DNA from: Botryllus schlosseri | Taxonomy: Eukaryota | DNA length: 64,000 nucleotides | Assembly (NCBI GenBank): GCA_051294905.1 | Contig: CM119372.1 | Coordinates: 4,714,001 to 4,778,000 of the forward strand | Direction: 5' to 3' | Part shown: positions 13,772 to 27,300 of the stretch, piece by piece | Position numbering within the stretch: the first letter of the stretch is position 1 | How the letters are laid out: every line of letters begins with the position of its first letter | Notes under the pieces: model-generated | Database searches by the model: none | Seen by the model: the letters and a program-made list of their open reading frames with translations, nothing else | Told to the model about the DNA's origin: nothing | Program-made: the position numbers and the translations under genes

Positions 13772-13891
13772 GTCCTGGTGTCACCGGCACCAACTCACAT
13801 TTGCACAACCCGGCGTCCGCTGTCGACAGAGGTATGGCCAAGCCTGTGAAGTTTCAGGTGTCTTTCGACGCCGGAATGGTCTACACTCCAG
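13772..13891 (+). CDS. Candidate upstream exon of the SLC4 gene
   Basis: CAG|...CAG|GTAAAT boundaries, open frame GPGVTGTNSHLHNPASAVDRGMAKPVKFQVSFDAGMVYTP with ATG at 13834. Its phase does not join cleanly to exon 15366. Confidence 0.4.
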
Positions 13892-15365
13892 GTAAATTGC
13901 CCGAGCGCGCGCGCGCGATTCAATTGCCGACGTCGTTACTTTTGAAATTACGAGCGCATGACATTGTATTTATGGTTTAGCGTCGGTTTCGAGAAGCATG
14001 CAGGATATTCCCGTCGTCACGGTTACTGAAAGTATGGATAGTCATTTAAGTTTTTCTAACTTGATGCTGCGGCAAAATGCGGAACTGGAACCTCCAAAAG
14101 CCGAAAGGGTAAGTTCTACGTTCTTGTCGGTTGTAGGGCTGTGTCAATCTGGGCCTGTTTACCTGAGCGGTCATTTCATTAGTGTTGCGGTAGCTGATTT
14201 TGCTCACGTTGAAATTTTACTATTAGGTAATTCAAATTCTTGATCAACTTCCTAAATTCTGGGTATTCTTGAGATTGTCCATACTTTATAGCCTTGTTCT
14301 GAACGATTTTTTCTGTTGCCAAAATCTTACATTCATGTTCCCGGTGATCAGGGTAGACTGCGGTAACGGTGCACCCGTTGATTTCCAATTTCTCTCGAAC
14401 GATTGGTCTTGTTTGGTTCTTGGCGGTGGGATGAGCGGAGGCGTGCGTGCGACCTTATCTGCTCCGTGCCAGGGAACAGGAAGCCAGTCACGTTTCCTGA
14501 AATGGCTTGCTGAATATGTGCGCGGCAATCGCGGCAGATGCATATCGTCACGGTTGCTACGGCATTACCTTTGGCCTCTGTTGTCATGTAAATGCGATTT
14601 TCTGCTGTACTTTTCATAATCGTTCATCCATCCCGTAGTTGACAATGTAACGATATGACAGTTTCAAGACTTGAAAAGTTTTTATACACTGCCCATCTAC
14701 ATCATCGTTATTTTTGTAATAAATCAGCAATATCAGCAATTCTTTGGCACTGCATTTTCTCTGCTACCTAACTATATCGTGATTTCTAATGGTTTGAACA
14801 ACACATAATAAAGATTATTGATTATGTTACGTCCGTGAAAATACTGTGCATTCACTCGTTTCTGGTAGCGATTTTCTTGTGTCGCAGTTGCAGGAAACTC
14901 TTCCTTGGAAATGCTTGCTAGATTAATGACTATTGTCCCTAGCAATTTATTGTCTTGCTTTGGTAATGAGACACACTTGCTACTTCTTGGAAAGAATATC
15001 ATGTGTCAGATTGCATTTCGGGAATGGTGCTGGTATTAGATTGTGAATTACGTTTGGACCATATGTGATGGCGCAATTTGGACATTGTGGCCGTGTAGTC
15101 ATACCGTCATAGCGATACACAATCCTGTATTATCCCCTCATGTGTGAAATGAATACTTTGTGATCTTGATTACTATTTACTGTCTTGATAACAATTTTAT
15201 TACTATTCCCTAAATTCTGAATTTTATTCACCTTCGCTGCGTTTCTGACGTTAGCTACTCACGAGAATTGACCGAAAGCTTTTGGTGAATATATCAACAG
15301 TTTCAAGTTGAATTCTGCAGTTCTGCACCCTTAATGACTTATTTTATGCTGTTGATAAATTGCAG

Positions 15366-18300
15366 CGAGGTTCTCTTATACCGGCACCCAGCACGAGAGC
15401 CGCCGACCGTGGCTTCTCTCGAAAAGGCTCTTGCTTATCAGAAGAATTTGACAAAGTATTTGACGACGGCACAGGTAGGCCAGCAAAGCCTGTTGTTCGG
15501 CTGCCAGTAACTGCTTTGTTTTTCAGCTCCCCTTGGTCACATATCAGGATATAAGAGACGTGTACATGTACTCATTTGGCGTCATAAGAAATGAGATGTT
15601 GTGTTTTGTGATCAATGTGTCTTACCGTAATTATTGAGTTGCGTCTATCAATTTGGTCTCATGTTTGATGAAATCGGTAATTTTTGGAGTGTTTGACTAT
15701 TTCTTCCTGTTTTGACTATTTCTTCCTAGATTCAATGAATGATTTAAAGGGATTTTTGTCAAAATCTTGAAAAAAGGATTATTAGCTGTAGCTTACACAA
15801 CTTGGCATCACTATTTTGATCAATCGTGAATATTTCCTTTGAGGGGTAGACTTGCCTGTCTTTCGTACGTAGCTGAATGACATCGAAGAGTATCTATTCG
15901 GATGTGACCTCAGTACCTGCGCATCAGTAGTACTGGTTGTAGGCTACCCATTGAATTATATTACTACTTGTGTCCTCGGTTTTTATATTCTTCAACTTTT
16001 GAACTGGTTCTGCCAATTGAATTAGAATTACATCCAGTAGTTTCCAAATCAGACCGGAATTAGAATTATAGCTGCAGTTTTCACCAAATCAGATTGAAAT
16101 TAGAATTACAGCTTCTCATTTTTCCAAGTAAGATTAGAATTAGAATCACATTCAGGTATTTTCCAATTAGGCTGGAATTAGAATTATAGCTGCACCTTAT
16201 TTTTCCAAATCAGATTGAAATTAGAACTATAGCCGGTTAGCTACTCATTTTTTCAAATCAGATTAGAACTACTGAATTTTGCGAATACTTGAACATTGAC
16301 ATTGGGTAAGTTCAGGTAAAATTGAATCAGAGCTCATTCTCTTTGAGCACGAGAATGCCACTATGCGGCCCTCCTGTAGCATTTCCCGGTAAAAAGATTA
16401 GATTAGAAATAAAATTAGAGCATAAAAACTTCTCACAGATTAAGATTTGAATTGGAATTGGAGCAAAGAAATATTTCACAAATTAGATTAGAATGTCCGA
16501 GTCGCGGGGTGTATCCACGACTTATTTTCTATCGTTTTTATATCCTCGAACTATTGATTCAACCTTAGTAAGGATCGGCAGGAGTGCTTGTCACGACATA
16601 TGTTCTTTCATGTCGTTGTGTGTTTTAGGATCGCCGCCGTACAACGACCCACCGAATCTACAAATAGATTTCGGGGATCCCGATATTACGAGTGAAGTCT
16701 CGACGTATCCCGACCAACGGTTCACAGACTCTGACTATTCGTGTACGGGCACTGGTTTTTACCCGACGGTTAGCACTGGGCGCTAATTTTTTCAACTTTT
16801 CTCCGCCTACAGCCCACCGTAGAACCCAGAGACAACATTCGAAGCCTCTGTCTGCTCATTTGCCTCGGCAAGAGATCAAATCGCTCAAGTCTAGAGCGGC
16901 GGCGGGCTCTCCTGAAAAGGAAAGGTATGTCGAAGTGCGATCCATGTTAATCTTGGCGATTTGAGCCAGGGATATCGTGACTGTAAATAGACAAAGTTGT
17001 TTTGAAATCACTCGAAAGTGCCGGCAGTTACCCCTGACCAAATTTGACAACTAGAAAATACTCAGCTTTCCAATTTAGCTTAGAATTACTATTAGATCTA
17101 CAGTTCTTTCCAAATTAAAATTGAATCAGAATTATTGCTCCACAAATTTTTCCAGATTAGATTGAAATCAGAATTACTGAGTTCATAAAAGGAATACAAC
17201 AAAAATCAAGAATGACAAATGCATCTACACCAAACATGGCTCGTTTCGCACTACACAGTTCCCCTGTGACATTTTCAGAAAAAAACAAATCAGATTGGAA
17301 TTGAATTTTGAGCACACAAGCAAGTCGCCAATTAGATTAGAAATATATTGCCGGCGTGATCAACGTAATTAGGCGAATATAATTGTCTAGTACAAGTATG
17401 CTCTTGACGAATGTCAGCCGAAAATATTCGGTCTTATGTCAATATGAATATCGAATGTATTATGCAATTGTATCTGTTGAAGTTGTGTACCTCCAACAGA
17501 CTGTGCAAAAGATTAAGGAGCTGTATTTATGCAGTCATAAACCGGTAGTAATGTTAATCCCTTGTGTAGTGAGTGAGCTTCTAGGATGAGTTACAGTTAT
17601 CTCTGTGCCTACGTAATGTGTGTAATGATGTCGTATTTGATAGATGCCAGATTATGATATGGTCTCCAGCAGTAAAAGATGCTGACACCTCGTGCGTAGA
17701 CACGCCCCCTATGTTCTGTCAAAGGCTGTTATGTGTATACTGTCGCTTTACAACAAATTTTACTGGCAATAGTTTCGCTGCCACTCGTGAGTCGAGTTGA
17801 TGTGTTTACGATTTGTCTGATTTGCTTAAGCAATGACTGTATTCTTTGACATAGCCTGGATTCTTAAATTAACAGGTAAACACTTCCTTTAAAATCCCCT
17901 TCCTTTATAATCCCTATTGAGCGTGGTATAGTAATAAAGTTTACGGTTAGGATATAAAACTTCCGATATGACCTCGCAAGGAAATACACAAGTCGGTCCA
18001 ACAATTCATGTGTACGACCAAGGTGATAATAATTTGTGTATTTTTTGAAACTTTGGGTTGTCGATTTCCTGATTGGCAAACCAGAGTGACGTAACGGCGC
18101 TTGGGTTTACGTTGAGACGAGAAAATCTTTGTGCGGTCTGCAGCAGGGCTGTATGGAATTTGTCATTTCACGAGTGTTTGTCCTAGTAGCTAATGTGAAT
18201 TTGAAACTTGGTGAATTTTCATAAGTAGGGGGGATTTTTTTACCTAAAAAACGGACGATTGTGACCTAAAAATCATAATTTTGACCAAATTTGAGCTAAA

Positions 18301-21300
18301 GTATGCAAATTAGGTGCTTTCCCACATAATGTTAGAAGTGTACTACTTATATTCATTTCTGGTTGAAACTGTCTGTCCTTACGAAGTAGTTTGGCCTCAA
18401 AATCTGACAAATTTTTACAAGGAAAAACTTTATTTTAACGAAATCTGGCCCTATGATGAATTCCAGTAGTTACATCACATATTATGTTAGAAATAATTCA
18501 AATTTGTTGTAGTACAACAACGAAAGATACTTTCCTGCATTCTCGGGTAGAAAGTGTCAGTCCTTACTAAGTAGCTTGCCAAGAATGGAGAAAGAACGTT
18601 CAACAGCAGCAGTTGTTGGCTTACAACACACAAGTTGTGCGTACACTACTGGTGACACGCCGTGTCGCTTCATTCTGTCAATGGTGTCTACATCACAATT
18701 TTTCATCATGCGCTTCTTGATATAAGAACCATGTAATCGCCACGCAGTCTTGCTTCAGTTGGGATATTGCGGTACGTTGAGCGTGACACCGTGTCAACCT
18801 ATTTGTTTCATTTGAATGTTTAGCACGCTGAATTCACTGATAACCTTGAACATAATTGGTAGCCGCCGCATTTTGCAGAGATGATACTAGGTTATTACAC
18901 AGTTTGTCTAAACGCACCATTATTTTGTCACTAGGACCAGCCGAAGACGTCACAGATCATCGTCGTCCTCCTCGTCATCTCAGGGCGGTAATACAAAATC
19001 GCCGTCAACCAGCGATCTCCTTCCGACCCAAAGGAAAATTCAGAGGAAGGAAAAAAAGAAGAAAAAGGTTTGTTTTGTCGCGAAAACTGGAAATTTATCC
19101 GTGCACCCGCAGTTTGACGACTTGTTTTTTAATCGGAAACGTCTGTTTTATGCGCGTCATCAAAATACCAAACTCTTGATGCATGGTTCTAAAATATGTA
19201 CCCCTGAGTTAACTCATAACAACTAGTCTTTGTGGGTTGACACACACGGAAAATCTCTCGGCGTTTGTCATCTGTATTGTGTTGTCGTGTTGTTTTTGAG
19301 GCTGGGGGCTTTACAAAGTCAAGTCATGGCGTAGGTGACGTTTGTATTGTACGCGGTAAGCATCATACTTTTAAGTAACCCGTTTTCCCTCTCGTTGTGC
19401 TGGCTTGAAAATACAGACAGATAGGGTCTAAGATTTTGTTTTTCGATAGGGGCGAATTTACGTGTCTTGGTGGAGTGCTATAAATACTTGAAATTTATTG
19501 TTTGTTTGAACTGTAAAGAATTCAGAGTTATCACAAGTTCCTCTCTCGGAAGCTGTGTGTGCCGAGGCGTGACTTGTGTTTTTTCGGAACCTTTTTTGTC
19601 GTAACATGTAGGCCTACATAATATTGGGACTGTTGACTGTAGCACGTTTCTTTAATATGATGTTTAGTAAATTGTTTTTTTACCTTGAAATTTCATGCTG
19701 GTGAAGTCACGTTTGGTGATACGATTGTCGTTATACAATGTTCCTTTCAATTCTCTACTATTTGAAGACGATTAGCCCTGGCGAGTGTCAGCCCAAAATA
19801 TCCCGGTTTATTTCAATATGAATATGCCATCAAGTTATTTACCTCTGCCAACGTAGGTCTTGATAATATTAGGAATATAGCACAATATTATTTGCACATT
19901 TCATTGCTAACACGTTCAGTCAGTTGTTTTTTCAACTCTGTACCAAATGTAGGTTAACCGTGGTCTTTGACAAGTTGATAGTCAATAGTTTTTGAGGATA
20001 CTATTGCAAGTCTTTGCTGGCTTTTTCTGTTTACGCTTTGCCTGGTGCAGGCACTCTGCCGTAATTACAAACTTACCCACTTGAAAGCTCTTTGAGATTG
20101 AGGTTATGATTATGACTTCTCTTTTCTTGCTGTCCCGTGCTTTATGCGTTCGAGATTTCTTACGCTTTGCAGACGGTGGGCGCTATTTATAGCGAGCTGC
20201 AATCTGGAGATTATAAGGACTTTGTCCGCGGAGTTCAATTGTGTGTCTGCAATGTCGTGTTTGCGAGTGAACCCGCTTATTTCCATATCTCTCGCATATT
20301 TTATGTCATAATTGATGAACATTTCACAATTCCTGATTTGTACCAATACGTATGCACTGTTTGAAAATAAGTATTTTCAAATTCTACAGGCTACTTGATG
20401 AAATTATTAGGTTGCCTGAAAAAACACTGCAAACAAATCAAATTTGGCTCGATTCCAACCTGTGTAATCATTGCTATTTGGGGATGAAGTTTTGGATTTA
20501 TTGTATAAAAATGAAATTTTTCTAATTTCACTGGCTACCCCTTGAAATTGTTGTCTTGACTAAAAAGACGATGCATATCGAATTTGACTCAATCCTCTAT
20601 TTGATTCAAAGGACGTTATAGGGGAACAATATTTTTGATTTGATAAAATTTTTATCAATTATACTGTAGAATTGAAAAAAGTTATGATTGAACAGCCCTA
20701 ATATACGTATTTTCCATTTGATGCTGTGATGTCACTTGCGAATAATGATTCCAGTTGTTTCTCCTTGTGGTGTGACTGTTCTTCCTCTATTTAAGGATGT
20801 CAAGGGTTATTTGCTCCCTAGAGATAACATTTCGTTGTAATCTAGCGGTAAACATGGATCTGGTCATGTCTTCTGAAGCTATGCGCCGTGAACTGTGACA
20901 TGTGACATCAATTAGTCTCTGTATCTTCATTATGGAGTTCCCTGCAAACTATAAACTGTCTGTTCATCGTATCTATGACCTGGTATGGTAACTTTGGAAA
21001 TCATGACTGTTGCAAGCGCTTGTCATGAATCTTATTTACATATGGTTTCATTTATGCCTGAGCAACCTGTGTGGTGAAGACGGTGCCATGACTCGTTTTG
21101 CAGTGTGCCACTAATTGATTTTTGCATTAAGCTTTTGAATAGTTTCATTCTTATTTACCGGGGATCTGACCTGATAATGCAGCGAGACCATGAATATATT
21201 TTAATTATATTTTCTGTAACTATTGCATTCTTCATGTAACCTTTGTAACGGTTTTGCATCGGCGTTTTCGCTTTCGCAAATAGCTGCTTTTTGGTTTAAT

Positions 21301-24300
21301 ATTCCACAGTGTGAACTTTTTGCCTTCTCGGAATTGGGAATTGGGTGTTAATGTCAGCGACTTGCTATTAATGGTGACCACAGATAATACATGATACGAC
21401 CACAAAGAATATTATGTAGGCTCTGCAACACAAAACAGACGTTTCTGATCATACCTACTTCATGAGACTTTGTGACAATGCTCTGGGTTGATCACGGCTT
21501 CACAGAAATATCATTTTAACCTGCTAAGGAATCTGCGCCCGGTTTCTCCTTAACTGCTCCACCGGTGCCGTCTTTCGTGAGTTTGAAATGACGTTACATT
21601 CTGCACATTCGCTTCGCAGGTTGTTAGAAAATCGCTGACAGGCCCTTTGAGACAACGCACTCTCAGCATTCCAGAGGAAGAAGAGGGCGACGAAGAGTTT
21701 CAGGAGGATCAGGGCAACCTGAACGAGGAGAGCGAGGAGGAGGAGGACGAGGAAGAAGTGAGTTCCCCCTTTAAAAAAAATAATTAGATTCCGAAGATGT
21801 TAAAGCCAATGACTAGGCAAGGAAGATTTTCTGTTGCGATAATAATTTGGACAAACATTTTTCACAACATGTGAAAGTTTTTTTTTCTTGTTCGTAGTAT
21901 TTTTCACGGCACGACCCTTTTTTCGGTGTATATTTTCCTATTATGGCACTATCTTGGGGGTATTCGAAGAGTTTTTGGGTTACAGCACTTTCAATATATC
22001 TTCAGATGGCGTATTCATTACGGCATGTGCAATGGAAGGGATGAATTACAGAAAAAAGTAACTAGAATATGTTTTTAAGGCATAAGGCATGGGAAACGGA
22101 CTGAAAACCATCACTTTTTGAAAGTTGGTCAATTTTGAACAACCCTAATTGACATATCATTCAAATATTTGATGGTCTCGATGATGTGATCTGTCAATGT
22201 ATTTATGATTATTTGAGCGTTGATGCTTGTGCCAAGCGTATCGTTATATTTTGTTCTCAGGAAGACAGCGATCTGAGCAAGGAGCCTAAAGAGGAACGGC
22301 CTGATGACGATGACGATAACGGAGGCGATTCCCCCTCTGGAACGGATGCAAAAGATCAGGTCTGTTCATTCGGAAATATGCTCGCACAACCGCAATTAGT
22401 AGCAACCTCAATAGGCAATATTTGTTACACCAGCACCTTAACGGCAATGCATTCATCCTCATTCTTGACCGCTAATCGTGGTAGGGCCTACTAATGCAAT
22501 CTTGGACAACATGCATGACGTGCTTTGTCATTGGACGATGGTCGCCATGTCCATTAGCGATATTTATTGGTTTTATAAAGTTTTAGCGTTGGAGTGAAAT
22601 TCAATGAGGTAAGAACATTCAACGCCTTTATAGCTTTAATCACATGCCCGTAAGTGATTTGGAAAACGAATGTATTTCAAGTGGCGACATCAAACTTCCT
22701 AAAAAGACATTTGAATTTGTCAGGCGAGTTTTCTTTCGCAAAACTGCATTTATCCTCGTTATTCGAGGTCAATTTATGAGCATGATCACTGATCAGCACT
22801 CTTGGTCCTTCATATGCAGTTTTGTCTGTGGTCACCATTTCTATAAACCATATTGATTTTTATAACATTTTAACATTATAGTGAGGTTCAATGATGCGAG
22901 ATCTTGTAAAGCCGTTCAATATAGCTTCGATCGCGTACCTGTAAGCGATCTGGAAATGACATAATTCATATGCATTTTTGGACAGCGCGATATCGTTGAC
23001 ACTGGAAATTTATCGCCGGTTTTGTGCCCATACAGTAGAATTGTTACTGAATTTTCTTATCTGGGGTTGTGCAATGTGGAAATTCTCATGTCTCCGAATA
23101 TTTCTGTGATATTGTTTGCACTCGGCACTGAGCAGCCTATTGATGAAGACTTGTTAGGTATCGATCAGGATACGATTCGCAGCCTAACAAATGGTCGATG
23201 ATGTACTATTACGGCACAATTTTCTAGTGGCTCGCACATTTACCAGTAGCGATTCCAGGTAACTTGTTGTTATTGATCGTTCGAATGTCTTTAAATCGAT
23301 GAAAACAGGCGACATTTTCTCCATCGCTCGTTAATTTTCACAAGCCCTAGAAGATGCCTTCCACTGAATCTGAATTATATGCGTACGGTGTAGATATCAC
23401 ATAATTTTTAGTTCGTAAAAATATGACAAGCCGCCTTTTTGAGAATACCTTTGAACATAGACTGTTCAGTTTCATTCTTAAACAGCCCTTGAATAATGCA
23501 CTTTGCAGCTGGTGGCTGGTAGGTTCTCAGTGACAGGGTTTGGTGACTGTTTTCTGGCGATCAAATGCAGGAAGAAACCATAGCACCATCCATAGCGGTT
23601 TTTCGACTATAAACTGTGAAATTTTGAATTTTTACCTTAACAGAAATGGTTCTATCAATGAGAACGTTTGAAGTCGGAAGTGCCTTGGGATGCTTAACAA
23701 AATAGAAAGGTTTATTTTTTGTTAAGTAAGGGATCTCTCTCTCTTTTGTTCAAAATTTGCAATTTTTTTCAATTATTTTGAACTAAAAACTTTTTTCCTG
23801 AAAATAATCATTATTATGATGAAAAAAAAACTCGAGTTTGTAATTTGGAGTAATTAGAATCTATAAAAACACAGTGAAAATATCTTTTGCCAAAATATCT
23901 TACAAAAACCGTGGCAACACGGTTAACATCAAAAAATGTCGGCCCTTTCACACCAAATTTTTAGCCATTATTAGAATATCCACTGAATCACATTGTGCGC
24001 AAATTTCAGAAAGATTGCTTTCCCAGTTTCAAAGTTGTAGGGGTATGAGTGATTTTCCAATTCGAGGTGTAGCTTAGCCCGTTGAATTGGTTTCCCAGAG
24101 GCGCAGAACTTCAATATACAATTGGATAATAAGTTGACATTGAAATGAACCCAAACTTTTTTGGCTGACACTCGTCAGGGGTAATCGTCACTCGTCAGGC
24201 ACTAGTACAGAATTGGAAAGAACATTGTATATCAACAATCGTATCACTGCTGTTTGTAGGGTCGCAAAGACTCGCCCAAGGGAGCTGGATTCTCTCAGGG

Positions 24301-27300
24301 TGACGCTACCGACGGCGGTGATGGGAATCAGGTAACGTTAGCATTGTTTGTCTGTTGGGAAAGTATCGATATCTTTACTTTGTGCAGGCTTTGATGAAAG
24401 AGGAGGCCCAACAGAAACCGAGTCATCTGAAAGCCCCGGTTTCCATCCTAAGTGAGATGCGTTAATGACTTTGAATGTGTGACTTTTCTGTTTGTAGCAT
24501 TCTACATCGTATTGAGTTGCTTGCCAGTCGATTTATGGCCTATTTACAATCTGAGAGCTTAATGGCTGCCCAGTGAGGCTGTTCAAAAATAATTATTCAA
24601 ATTTTAACGGCTTCGTGATAAAATTGTTGCACACCAATTTTGGCACAATTCCAACCTATAGAAGCATTGCTATATAAGTGAGTTTAGGTTTCATGTAATA
24701 AAAATAAATTTTTCCAAATTTCACTAGCTACCGTACCCCATGAAATTGTTAGTTTGTGTGATTTGGCTCGATTTCAACCTATTGATGCTAAGTTATTGGA
24801 GTACGAATTTTCGGATTGGGAAAAAATAGTATCAAAAGTGGCGAATTCTTTCATTATTTGAATACTATTACTTGAAAGCTTAAATTTTGAACATTAATAA
24901 TGCCTGTTTACATCAATACTAGAGCCTAACCGCGATGTTGAATTTTCGAGGCGATAACTAGCCCCTTTGGCCTTCACCACCGATAACCGCAATATATCTA
25001 GCCGATATTCGATGTGGCATCCGGAGAATAACCCTTGTTGGAAAAAACGAGTTTCTTCCGGAAATTTGGGGTAATTAGAAGAAATTTCACTCAAAAATTT
25101 CGCTGGAAAAAATTTCACAAAAAATAGTCTAAAAATTATAAAATCTAATGAAAGTAAAAAACAAACGTTGACCATTTTTCACCACATTTTCACCAAAGTT
25201 AGGTTGTCCGACAAAGCACCTTGCGTCCAAATTTCGGAAAGATTGCTTCATTTGTATCAAAGTCATATCTAGTGGCCTCGGATTATAGTTCTCTGACTCT
25301 CTACTGGCATGTTGTGACGTCAGGAGAATAGCCAGCTAATAGTTAACACCAACATTTCTTTTGACGTTTGATGTTGACCTGATCGGCGAACTCATAATCA
25401 GTCAGCCACTTTTTAAACTCTTTGATTTTCCGTCAACATGTACAATTATGAACTAGAATCGATGCTATCAGCTGGTCTCTCTTAATCCGTGATTTGTTAC
25501 GCATGACAGGCGCACGCCATCGCTAACGAGCGTTTGACGGCTAACGTTCTATTTTCGGTTATTTCAGCAAAGTCCTCCCCGGAGGGACGCCGCAAATCGA
25601 AAAATGCGACCTTTCAACTCGGCGGCGACCAATCCGTCGGAAGGTATGTGTCTTGCGCTGTCAGCATTCAGCATTCCAAAATCATTGGTGACTTGGTAAC
25701 TTTGATTCATTTTCCAAGTTTTTGTGAATTCATTAATTCTAATTCTAATCTAATTTTGGAAAAAAACAACGTATAATTTTAATTCTAATCTAATTTGGAA
25801 AAAGCGTTTAGCTATAATTCGAAGCTTTAATTGTAATTCTAGTCTAATTTGGAGTAAACTGCGTAGCTATAATGCTGATTCTAATCTAATTTGAAAAAAC
25901 TGCAGCTATATTTATAGTTCCAATCTAATTTCGTAAGAACTGTAGCTAGGCTATATTTCTAACTCTAGCCTAATTTTAAATAATCTGTGTAGTTATAATT
26001 CTAATTCTAGTCTATTTTGGAATAAACTGTAGCAATAATACTAGTTCTGATCTAATAGGGGTTGACTGTGCAGCTATAATGTTAATTCTAATCTAATTTG
26101 GAAAAATGTAGTGATATATATAATTCTAATCTAATTTGGAAAATAAATGTACCTATAATTCTGATTCCAGGGTAATTTGGAGAGAATGTAGTTATAATTC
26201 CAATTCTAATCTGATTTGTGTAACTATAATTCTATTTGTAATCTAATTTAAAATGGCTGAAAATTTTCCAGTCGCCCTGGTAGTACGTGTATGCATTCGG
26301 CTATATTATGTGCTGTTAACTTTGTGTGTGCTTGACACTTATGGAACCGGCACAGGACTAGCAAATATGTACAGTGTACATTAGGCCGAATGCTTTATGA
26401 ATTTTGCGGTACTTACATAATGAGCGCTCTTAATATGTCATCTTGTAGGTATCTAACGGTAATGCGACTGCACACTTGAAGTCAATGTCGGTTATTTGAC
26501 GATCAACAGGTTCTTTGCCACGGTATATGGTGCTTGTGTCTCCTTCGCTCTGCACGATATCGCTAATTTCTCTGGATTTATTGATCGGACATGGCGTTTA
26601 TGACAAGTGTACATCGTGTGTAGTGAGACCGGGAATAGTGAAATGCTAATATTTAATTTGGTACCGCCGTGAAATCCTGTGTGGCGTGTATATTTGCGTT
26701 GGGAAGCTACGTCGCCGGCGTCTCCCTGTCCGATTTTGAACCTGGATGAACTTGGATGGTTTGTGATTATAGGGTTTGAGTCGCGCTGCTCGATTTGTTA
26801 TAATGCCGTGTTTTCGCACAGCGCACTGTGTGCTGTACTTCTGGCTGTGTATAATCTGATAATTGACTTTGAAAGGGATATACCGCGGGTTTGACATATT
26901 TTACCTTGCGTGCATTGCCGCAAGACTTACTTTGTTGGAAAAAGATGCTGTTATTAATACTATTCATCTACGCTCCTCACCACTGAAAGTTAATTCATCA
27001 ACGACAATTTCAGTTTCGATACAATTTTCCATTGTGGAGGCCCCCTTGAAACCTTGATTGGCAGTACTCAAAGCTACGAACGTTACTGGAAATAACTTAA
27101 TTCCAAAGTCCTGATCATCCCACATCATCGCTACTAAGTGCAATGAAATTGGTGTGGTCGAAAAATAGCAAAGTGTCTTTATTGCGATGGATAAGAAGCA
27201 TTATATTCTTTGAGTTGGCACGAAAAGGTACATATTTGAACTTTGACATATTACATTATCACTCAGCCCAGCTCTAGTCATGGGTGTTGTGGGCCCACCT

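Noticed and set aside
14390..14600. GC-richer intronic patch with GATA and ETS-like motifs and several overlapping ORFs
   Set aside because: Short motifs occur by chance, and there is no recognisable protein or splice support.
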